The translations under genes and the position numbers were made by a program. 64,000 nt of DNA from Tubulanus polymorphus (Eukaryota; Animalia; Nemertea), in assembly GCF_964204645.1 (NCBI RefSeq), contig NC_134029.1, positions 1,984,001-2,048,000 of the forward strand, given 5' to 3'. The notes below the pieces were generated by a model. The model ran no database searches. It saw nothing but the letters and a program-made list of their open reading frames with translations, and had not been told where the DNA came from. Shown here piece by piece: positions 22,300 to 31,986 of this stretch (position 1 is its first letter; the number at the start of each line of letters is the position of its first letter).

Positions 22300-23709
22300 A
22301 CTGCTGCTGTTGCTGCTGCTGCCCCAATCAAATCTACCGGATAATACTGTGGACAATAAACTACTACAATAGTCAAAACAAGTAAGAAAAATAGTAATTT
22401 CCAGAATAACACACAAACACGTGACGTCTCTTCATTTCACTAATCAGTTTTCTCTTTACAGAATGAAATCCACGCAGCACCAGAATTTACAGCTCAAAAA
22501 ACCTCGTTCAAAGTTCACCTTTAAACATATTGCTAGATCCTCCTCACACTCAGCCTGACAATTCTGCAAACAAGTGAAACGAAAGCCGTGAGTTTTAATC
22601 TAAATTTGCTCTTATTCCATAACAATTTAACTGACAATTTGTAACATTGATACATTTGTTTTTAGGAGGCAAAATAAACGGAACATTTGACAGAATCTGT
22701 GAACAGTAAACATCGCGAATTCACCGAACATTTGTAAATGATGGACATCCAGATCCTCAAAACAAATACCGGTAAATATCTCTACAGATTGGTATTAAGT
22801 AATTTCCTGATAAGACTAAGTATTTCCACCAGGATACAGATCAAAGAGGTTTGGCGAGGAGCGTTCTTCTTCGCTGCCTTAAAGGATGTTTTAGGACAGT
22901 TGGGTTGTATCTATAGGCTGTGGGCCCGGCTGTCATTGCTCAGAGTGTGTGAGTTTTTCGTTCGGGGTCAGCTCATTCCGATTTGCATTCCATTCCTCCA
23001 TCCGATCAGTTTGATCCGGATCAAAACGATTGATGTTTGTTTTGTTTTCATTTTGGAACTTTGCAGCCTTTTTTTCGGCAGCTGAGGGTCTCTGGCCGGT
23101 TATTCGGTGGGAAGTGTTTTTGGGTTTTCCTTCTCTTTCATGGGCTGGGAGACACATTTTTTGGGAGCCTTTTCCACCGCCTGTTGCTTGGCTAATCCTT
23201 CTAAAATGTGCCCCACTTAACGTATCGGGTATTCCAAAAAATGTTTAGCGGTATAAATCCAGTTCCCAAACTAGGGTAACTTCTAAAATGTGCCCCGCGT
23301 AACGTGTCCTGAAGGAAATACAAATTTTACTCCAGAAAATTTTACTCCCTTTTTATTTTATGACCATCCAGTTCTACACATGAATATTCAATCACTTCTC
23401 TCCTTGTCAAAGTTTAGATGATTAGTCCAAAATTATACAGCATTTGTATTTTAGGGGTCAAAATGAAGCTGAACCTGAACAAATCTGCAAACAGTAAACA
23501 AAAATTCTACAGTTAAGGTGAGTATTCAATCACTTATTCTGGTGAAAGTAGAAATTATCAAGGTTGTCATGATTTTCATATATTCATATTTTCAAGGTAG
23601 ACCTTTCTTATTTCATGAAAACAATTCCCAAGTTTTCTCTCTTTATTCTAGGACGAAGTGGGCACCACCATCTGACCATCACAGGGCCTCGGATCAATAT
23701 ACCCATCTG

Positions 23710-23753
23710 ACAGGAACAGGAACAGGAACAGGAACAGGAACAGGAACAGGAAC
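23710..23753. repeat. (ACAGGA)7 hexanucleotide repeat
   Basis: Directly visible. Confidence 0.9.
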
Positions 23754-24197
23754 CTACTGCGGGGAGATTGAAATGCTGCCACTTATTCAGAGATCAGCTA
23801 TGATTACCGAATATCAATGAATTCTTTTTAATTTTACCGGCCGGTATGGGTTAGCTACAGATTACTGTTGTTCTGTTTGTGATGGTATATCACATATCCA
23901 TAATGACATGTGGACACATCTTGCGATTCGTCTCATAAAGCTGTAATGTCAGTTTTTCTAGAAGAAAAGCCTCCATAGTTCTAGACATGGGGATTAAAAC
24001 CCACTATGTACAAATATATGTATTATTTATCAACAATCATTATCAAAATAAGTGAATGAATAAATAACTAGAACAGAACGCACAAAATAACAAAATCTCT
24101 CAACCTTAGCACAAAATAACCAACTCTCTCTCTCTAGACTTTCTTAATTAACTTGTTCTTCCCTCTTTATTTTCCCAGTGTTCTAGTTATTTTTTCG

Positions 24198-24237
24198 ACA
24201 CCTGATGATGATCTCTAGAGATTCCAAAACGTCGTGT
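24198..24237 (+). ncRNA. Degenerate minimal type I hammerhead ribozyme motif (Penelope-like element remnant?)
   Basis: ACAC-CTGATGA-t-GATCTC-ta-GAGATT-cc-AAAAC-GTC-GTGT: stem I ACAC/GTGT, core CUGAUGA, stem II, palindromic ACGT stem III and GUC site. The GAAA box reads (C)AAAA, so it is likely inactive. Confidence 0.5.
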
Positions 24238-24470
24238 ATTTTGATTTTAATTCTTTTAATTTAAAGTGGGTTTTAATTTCGAATGAAAATCGAAATTGAA
24301 AATTGACGATCCGCTTTCTGAGATTGATCAGGAGCATAAAGATACACGAGTTTGCATTTTGACCCCCATAATCTGTGTATGCATGTATCTCATTGTATGA
24401 TATTGTTTGGACCTATTTTCAATGATGCATCAAGTCCCACTATCAAAAACCAAAAGGATGAAATATCGAC

Positions 24471-27400
24471 GGTTTTTTATTATGGGATTATTTTGTAAGA
24501 CGTTTCATGAACCCGGTTCCACTGTTCTGTGTAATGTATGTATAAACTTGTATAATATTGTAAATTGACTTATTTTGTATGATTTGTCAAGTCCCACAAT
24601 CAAAAACCAAAAAGTTGAAATTATTTCAACTGATAATTTTTTATTATGGGACTTAGACTTTATTCTATATTGAATTGTTGTATTGTTTTATTTGAAATAA
24701 ATATCTATTTTCTGTGTTGTTCTAGTTATGATTACAGACGCCAGCAGTTTCACAGACTCTGCTGCGTCACATCCCACCCGTTCAGTTTCACACACACACA
24801 TAATTCAACGTGTTTTCTATTGAAGAAAAAAGTTGAAATTTGAATTATTAAAGGTTTGTGAAACGGATTCAGGGACCAGTTGCACAGTCCTGACTTAAGA
24901 ATTGTCTTAAGATTTATTTAAGATTGGTTATAGAACCAAGAGCTAGTCTTAGGCTGGTCTTTAACCTTATAACGACATGCAACTGGTCCCAGGGATTAAA
25001 TAATGTTTACTAAGTCTATGAAATTGCAGCATCTGAAACTGATTGAAACCCTCGCATCATAAATCAAATCATACCCAGGGTTTGGCGCACAAATGATGAA
25101 CTTTTTAAAAACTATCGCTGGACCCGTTCTTACCCTGGTATGCGAGGGTTTGATAATTCTAGCCCTAGTATGCGAGGGTTTTGATAATTCTAGCCCTAGT
25201 ATGCGAGGGTTTAATTGATTCTAGCCCTTTTATGCTAGGGTTTTGATAATTCTAGCCCTGGTATGCGAGGGTTTTTATTATGGGATTATTTTGTAAGACG
25301 TTTCATGAACCCGGTTCCACTGTTCTGTGTGTGTATGTATAAACTTGTATAATCTTGTAAATTGACTTATTTTGTATGATGTGTCAAGTCCCACAATCAA
25401 AAACCAAAAAGTTGAAATTATTTCAACTGATAATTTTTTATTATGGGACTTAGACTTTATTCTATATTGAATTGTTGTATTGTTTTATTTGAAATAAATA
25501 TCTATTTTCTGTGTTGTTCTAGTTATGATTACAGACGCCAGCAGTTTCACAGACTCTGCTGCGTCACATCCCACCCGTTCAGTTTCACACACACACATAA
25601 TTCAACGTGTTTTCTATTGAAGAAAAAAGTTGAAATTTGAATTATTAAAGGTTTGTGAAACGGATTCAGGGACCAGTTGCACAGTCCTGACTTAAGAATT
25701 GTCTTAAGATTTATTTAAGATGGGTTATAGAACCAAGAGCTAGTCTTAGGCTGGTCTTTAACCTTATAACGACATGCAACTGGTCCCAGGGATTAAATAC
25801 TGTTTACTAAGTCTATGAAATTGCAGCATCTGAAACTGATTGAAACCCTCGCATCATAAATCAAATCATACCCAGGGTTTGGCGCACAAATGATGAACTT
25901 TTTAAAAACTATCGCTGGACCCGTTCTTACCCTGGTATGCGAGGGTTTTGATAATTCTAGCCCTAGTATGCGAGGGTTTTGATAATTCTAGCCCTAGTAT
26001 GCGAGGGTTTAATTGATTCTAGCCCTTTTATGCTAGGGTTTTGATAATTCTAGCCCTGGTATGCGAGGGTTTTTATTATGGGATTATTTTGTAAGACGTT
26101 TCATGAACCCGGTTCCACTGTTCTGTGTGTGTATGTATAAACTTGTATAATCTTGTAAATTGACTTATTTTGTATGATGTGTCAAGTCCCACAATCAAAA
26201 ACCAAAAAGTTGAAATTATTTCAACTGATAATTTTTTATTATGGGACTTAGACTTTATTCTATATTGAATTGTTGTATTGTTTTATTTGAAATAAATATC
26301 TATTTTCTGTGTTGTTCTAGTTATGATTACAGACGCCAGCAGTTTCACAGACTCTGCTGCGTCACATCCCACCCGTTCAGTTTCACACACACACATAATT
26401 CAACGTGTTTTCTATTGAAGAAAAAAGTTGAAATTTGAATTATTAAAGGTTTGTGAAACGGATTCAGGGACCAGTTGCACAGTCCTGACTTAAGAATTGT
26501 CTTAAGATTTATTTAAGATTGGTTATAGAACCAAGAGCTAGTCTTAGGCTGGTCTTTAACCTTATAACGACATGCAACTGGTCCCAGGGATTAAATAATG
26601 TTTACTAAGTCTATGAAATTGCAGCATCTGAAACTGATTGAAACCCTCGCATCATAAACCAAATCATACCCAGGGTTTGGCGCACAAATGATGAACTTTA
26701 TAAAAATATCGCTGGACCCGTTCTTACCCTAGTATGCGAGGGTTTTGATAATTCTAGCCCTAGTATGCGAGGGTTTTATTGATTCTAGCCCTTGTATGCT
26801 AGGGTTTTGATAATTCTAGCCCTGGTATGCGAGGGTTTTAATGATTCTTACCCTGGTATGCTAGGGTTTTGATAATTCTAGCCCTGGTATGCCAGGGTTT
26901 TAATGATTCTTACCCTGGTACGCGAGGGTTTTGATAATTCTAGCCCTGGCATGCGAGGGTTTTATTGATTCTAGCCCTGCTATGCGAGGGTTTTGATAAT
27001 TCTAGCCCTGGTATGCGAGGGTTTTATTGATTCTAGCCCTGCTATGTGAGGGTTTTGATAATTCTAGCCCTGGTATGCGAGGGTTTTGATAATTCTAGCC
27101 CTGGTATGCCAGGGTTTTATTGATTCTAGCCCTGATATGCGAGGGTTTTAATGATTCTTGCCCTGGTATGCGAGGGTTTTAATGATTCTTGACCTGGTAT
27201 GCGAGGGTTTTAATGATTCTTGCCTTGGTATGCGAGGGTTTTATTGATTCTAGCCCTGGTATGCGAGGGTTTTAATAATTCTTGCCCTGGTATGCGAGGG
27301 TTTTAAAGATTCTCACCTTGGTATGCGAGGATTTTAATGATTCTTACATGCGAAATATATATGTTATGAATTACAGTATTGGCCTGTTCAATAAACGCAG

Positions 27401-27490
27401 AAACTCTAGTGTTGGCATGGCGAATAAACGTAAAAACCCTAGTGTTGGCCTGTTTAATGAACGCAGGAACCCTGGTATGCGAGGGTTTTA
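24471..27490. repeat. Near-identical ~797-bp triplication running into a 31-32-bp hairpin minisatellite (CTAGCCCTGGTATGCGAGGGTTTTGATAATT, ~26725-27345)
   Basis: Identical 65-aa ORFs at 24646/25443/26241 (offsets 797, 798); each unit ends in minisatellite copies, which expand to ~20 copies after unit 3. Confidence 0.95.
24873..24989. mobile_element. 117-bp MITE, TIR GGACCAGTTGCA, 3-bp CAG target-site duplication (PIF/Harbinger-like); copies at 25670-25786 and 26468-26584, partial relative ~12991-13025
   Basis: CAG|GGACCAGTTGCA...TGCAACTGGTCC|CAG. Confidence 0.75.
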
Positions 27491-28049
27491 ATGATCAGAT
27501 TAAATGAAAAGTAATCTATTCTCAAATTATTTATTCAGGCCGATTAGGTTAGTTACGGCTCGCTCAGGAGCTGTCGCTATAGTCTTACATCAATGGATCG
27601 ATGATGATGACGATGGACGGAATATTGGAGATAAATATCATAAATTTAACGTCTGAGAAAATATAAACGGGACGTTATTGAAGAAGAACCCCTTTTATTT
27701 CGTGGTAAAAAGTGTCCTTTTTCTGCCCCTCAAAAATGCTCGGCATGGGCCCGTGAATAATTAATTGTCAGTAAAACAGTTTAGAAAGCATGAGGAGTGC
27801 CAGTGATTTTTACACTGGTCTATACCCGATATTTGACTATAGACTTTTCTATACATTAATATACTTCAATTAAAATGCAAAATACATCTGATGAATATTG
27901 TGAATAAAAAAAAATTAATCGCCTGATTGTTTCAGTAGGACAGAGTCAAAATCTGGTGTAGTCACTGAGCTGCTAAGCAATGACACCAACTCACCACTCA
28001 CTGCAACTCACGCTGAATCAATTATGATTATCACAACGCTAGCGACGTT

Positions 28050-28103
28050 TGACGTCATTGGTATCGATCCGTCGTCTCGCAGCATCAGCAACAGCCGCCA
28101 TTT
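28050..28103 (+). promoter_or_regulatory. Candidate PAL promoter elements: perfect CRE (TGACGTCA 28050-28057) with adjacent ATTGG, and YY1-like GCCGCCATTT (28094-28103)
   Basis: Exact motifs 140-190 bp upstream of the PAL ATG. Confidence 0.4.
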
Positions 28104-28240
28104 ATATGATAAACATCGACGACAAGATTCTACATTGTATCTACCCGTGCAAGGCTGGTGCTGCATTCAGTGTATGAATTGATAGAACACATCATCACCC
28201 CCGTTCGTTCCAAACATAGAGGTTTCTCCCAATATTTGCC

Positions 28241-31200
28241 ATGTATCTGGCGGGACCGGCTACATTTCTGTGTTTGTTTGCAGTTCTGGGCAGCAGTTTT
28301 GCAGATAAACTGGAAAATTCCGACGATGATTCGAACGCACGCGACAATCATGTATTAGACGCAATAAAACACGCAGAATCGGTAAGTAACAATTAATTCT
28401 CACAATTTTCTCGCATTAATTCTTAAATTTTGTATTAATGAATAATAATAATAAATTGTTTGTATATGGCGCAAGTATCCAAATGTGCCCCCTGGAAAAA
28501 TCTTTTTAAGAATGTGAACTGCGCCACATTCATTTTAAGGGAAACACGACCTATCTGTATAGGTCAATAGTGATATGGTGAGAGTATGTGCATTTGAATG
28601 AAAAATAAATTTTACTTTGCACAAACGTTATCCTTACTATCAGAAATATTGTCTATATTGGATAGCAATTCATTCAGAAAGAAACTACATTTCAATTGGG
28701 ACCGTTTTTACTAATGAAACTCCATCCTTATAGTAAAATGAGCAGTTCCTGGGCTTATTCAAACCGACTGACATATTATAGATACGATTAGATTTACTGA
28801 ATGTGTTCTTTTTTATTTTTAATATTCCACTGTTCCCCGCCTGACGCCCGATCAATTTACTTCAGTAGAAAACATTAGGTTAGGAAAATATCTCGTAGGG
28901 TTTCAGCTTGCCAAAACAGCATCATCTTTCGTAATATAATAAACTAGCTTCGAAGAACAAACTGAACGGACGAATCACAAGGAGCCAACGCTTAAATCAC
29001 CCTAGAAACATTCATACCGCCATCACAAAGTGACAGCCATACAGATTGAGACACGACGCTGTTTTATGGATATGTAATATGGATGTACGTCCTGGGAATT
29101 TGAAAAGTGTCCCTTTTCGATACGCCGATAGTATCGGAATTACAAAGAGGATGTCATTAATTTGCCGCAGACCAGAAAAATACTTTCGATCAGGAAACAT
29201 CTCTAGGGTATCAACAACTACTTCAAACCACTCCCATTAGAATGAAATCATAGTATCCGACCACGATAGATGGAAAAAAACTTTAACTATAAACAATTAA
29301 ATAAAGGATTGCATTCGTATATATCAAACATTTAAGCGATTAAATTTGTGCATTCATTTTTCTTTTGAAGGACGATGAATGGGAACATGAGAATGGACAT
29401 TACGATCAAAAGGAACCATCGCATCCCGATGAAGATTTTTGGGGAGATGGCCGTAAATACAGGGGTGCGCGCCCCGAGGGAGATTTCTGGGACTACGGTG
29501 ACAAGTACAAAGGTCTTCGTATTGATGGCGAATGGCCGGAGATGGGTATACGGTTAGGTCAGATTGGAGGCATTGCCGCTGATGATATGGGCAAGCTGTT
29601 TGTATTCCAGAGAAACAGTGTTGTATGGGACGACAGGTAATTAACTAGCTATCTGTTCACAAAAACCGATTTTTCAAAATAACACGTTCGAATAGACTAA
29701 AATTTGTTTTATATCTGTCAACATTTTCAGCTCATTTGACAGCAAAGATAACTATCTGAAAAAAGACAAAGGACCGATAAAAGATGCCACTATTTACGAG
29801 TTCGATGAATTCGGTATTCTGGACAAGAAATTCGGAGAGAATAGGTGAACAATCTATCTTACACGACTCGATCTGATAAATTAGAAATGAGATTTGAGTT
29901 TTAGATCGGATTCTGACAAACGATCAATCAAAACGTAATCAATAATTGATGAGACATCATCTGTGAAGATCTGATACGTCATCATCTGTTTTATATCTAT
30001 TCGGATCGAGTCTCAGTGCTCGTAGATACATTAGGTGGACCCTCCATTAAACGATCGAATGGTTTAAACTTCTTTCCAGATTCTATATGCCGCATGGTTT
30101 AACACTGGATCGTTTCGGTAATTTCTGGATGACCGATGTCGCCTTGCATCAGGTGAGTTCACTTGAAATCACACGAAAAATGTAAAAATCTCACCATTGC
30201 AAAACGAATCAAAGGTTTTTTTTAGAACATAAGAAATATTTCAGGTGGTTACAACCACCCTTCTTCAGTATAAAATCCTGTTGAAATGATAGGCCTAAAC
30301 TCTATACATACAATCGTTGTAGTAGATGTAAACATGAATGTTGAAACAGTTTGATGACAGTTTGACACTTTGTATTCTGTTTAAAGGTTTTTAAGTGGCC
30401 TGCCTCCAGTCCAAAACCCACAATGGTTTTAGGAGAGAAATTCGTTCCCGGCACTGACGATTCGCATTTTTGTAAACCAACCGATGTTGCTGTGGCGTCT
30501 AACGGGCATTTTTTCGTGTCTGACGGGTAAGACTTAATTCTGGGGTTTAGAACCTGGCTTTGTCGTCCACTTTTAGGTCAACGTTATCTCATATATCAAA
30601 TGAATTTTTCAGATACTGCAACAGCCGAATCTTAAAGTTTGACAAAGACGGAAAAGTGTTGACAAAATGGGGAAAAGATCCAGACGGTAAAATATCCATT
30701 TTCGTTGAATTTTCCTTTCTTTGAATGTCAATCACGAACGGCATAGCGTTAAGAAATATATAAATGACATTTATTTCAGATGATGACAACCCAAAAGATA
30801 ATGAATTTCTCATACCGCATAGCCTTGCATTAATTGAGCAAAGTGACATTTTATGCGTAGCTGACCGTGAAAATGGAAGGTAGGTCAAAATAAAAATAAA
30901 AGCCAGACCTATATGACCTCCGAGCGGAATGATCATTCTATTTGGTCTTCACACTCAAAAATGTCCTTTGAACCGCTCGATTGTTTGGGTGCTTCTTTTT
31001 TCAATTACTGGCCCAATTTATGAAGTCACAGATAGCGATACACTGATAAACCAGCGGGAATCTTGTTGCCCTCGTCCGAAATCGCTTATGATACGATAAC
31101 AAATTTCAAACGTGTAATTTCGTTGCAGTAGGCCTATGTCTACTCAACTATAGTCATTATCGTCTGGAACTCATATTCAACAGAAGGAATTCTGTGGTTG

Positions 31201-31986
31201 GTTAACTTAAGATATTTAACAAATTTGAAATACGCTGATTCTATCATTTCTAGCCTTATGTAGCTATGCGTTCATAACATCGAAATATGCGGCTAAGGAA
31301 ATGTGATAAATATTTCATTTATTTTTCAGAATTCAATGCTTTAACGCCGGACTCGAAGACCACACAAAAACCGGGGAGTTTCTATACAGCATAACAGACC
31401 CTCGATTCGGAAAGGTCTTTGCCATCGAGTATGACGAAAATTGTGAGTTTTACTGTCACTGACGAATTATTGACTTCTCATACATGAAGTGATTAAGCAC
31501 TGACTATATTTCATTTCTGAATGATTATTATTATTTAGCTGGTGTTTTGTATGCGGTGAACGGAAGAACGAAAGATATAGATCAAGTTTCTGGGTTCACT
31601 ATTGATCTCGACAGTCAACAAGTCATCGACGAATGGACTCCGCAGAGAAATGGACAGGTAATGATAATCATTCATCTGCATTGTTTTATCTAACGTTTCA
31701 AGTGTAATGTCAAAGAAGGTTTTCTTGGCGACCTGAATATTATAATCTCTCTAAACGACCCTACCTCGCTGAGGGTCGAGCCCTACCTCACTGAGGGTCG
31801 AGCCTATCAAGTGTCACAGTATTACGGTAAGAGATGTGGCGACGTGTTCCTGCTTGTATCTTATCCGAAAGTTTATTCATTTCGTTGCAGGGATTCCAAC
31901 AGCCTCATGACGTCACAACAGACGGCCGTTCCGTTTTTGTGGGAGAAATTGGTCCGAATATGTTGTGGAAATTCAACAAACTGTAG
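28241..31986 (+). CDS. Pal: Peptidyl-alpha-hydroxyglycine alpha-amidating lyase, monofunctional secreted PAL (411 aa)
   Basis: Ten exons: 28241-28381 (signal peptide MYLAGPATFLCLFAVLGSSFA), 29371-29636, 29731-29844, 30080-30152 (FYMPHGLTLDRFGNFWMTDVALHQ), 30387-30526 (HFCKPTDVAVASNGHFFVSDG), 30613-30686 (YCNSRILKF), 30780-30879 (FLIPHSLAL...CVADRENGR), 31330-31442 (IQCF), 31539-31657 (LYAVNG), 31891-31986 (FQQPHDV...VFVGEIGPN, TAG). These are diagnostic PAL NHL-propeller motifs; no PHM domain or transmembrane segment. Confidence 0.93.
31758..31805. repeat. 22-bp tandem duplication in the last PAL intron
   Basis: CCCTACCTC(G/A)CTGAGGGTCGAG x2. Confidence 0.8.

Larger units (their letters stand above)
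17900..23179. repeat. Tandem duplication of a ~2.7-kb unit (copy 1 ~17900-20537, copy 2 20538-23179)
   Basis: GTTAGATGAGTTGAAATG at 18021 and 20736 (offset 2715); both copies end in GGGAGCCTTTT(T)CCACCG; duplicated ORFs at 20085/22738 and 19440/22085. Confidence 0.95.
13547..24063 (+). ncRNA. Putative multi-exon spliced long non-coding transcript (or decayed gene), partly tandem-duplicated; boundaries uncertain
   Basis: Regular alternation of pyrimidine-YAG acceptors and GTRAGT-type donors with ~70-110-nt introns (e.g. exons ~18275-18379, 18448-18606, ~19275-19380; repeated in 20990-22770). Exon 18275 has stops in all three frames; no long spliced ORF found. Confidence 0.4.

Noticed and set aside
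17611-22416. Poly-Ala/Leu/Cys/Ser and Gly-Arg-Glu ORFs, including the 219-aa ORF at 20085
   Set aside because: Produced by CTG/CAG and G-rich repeats; the duplicate (22738) is truncated and frames cross predicted splice sites.
24646-26438. Three identical 65-aa ORFs as a gene family
   Set aside because: By-product of the 797-bp triplication; the ORF starts inside a DNA palindrome and has no recognisable motif.
16150-27345. CRISPR-like arrays (hairpin repeats at 16150-16725 and 26725-27345)
   Set aside because: Contiguous tandem units with no unique spacers, no cas genes, eukaryotic context.
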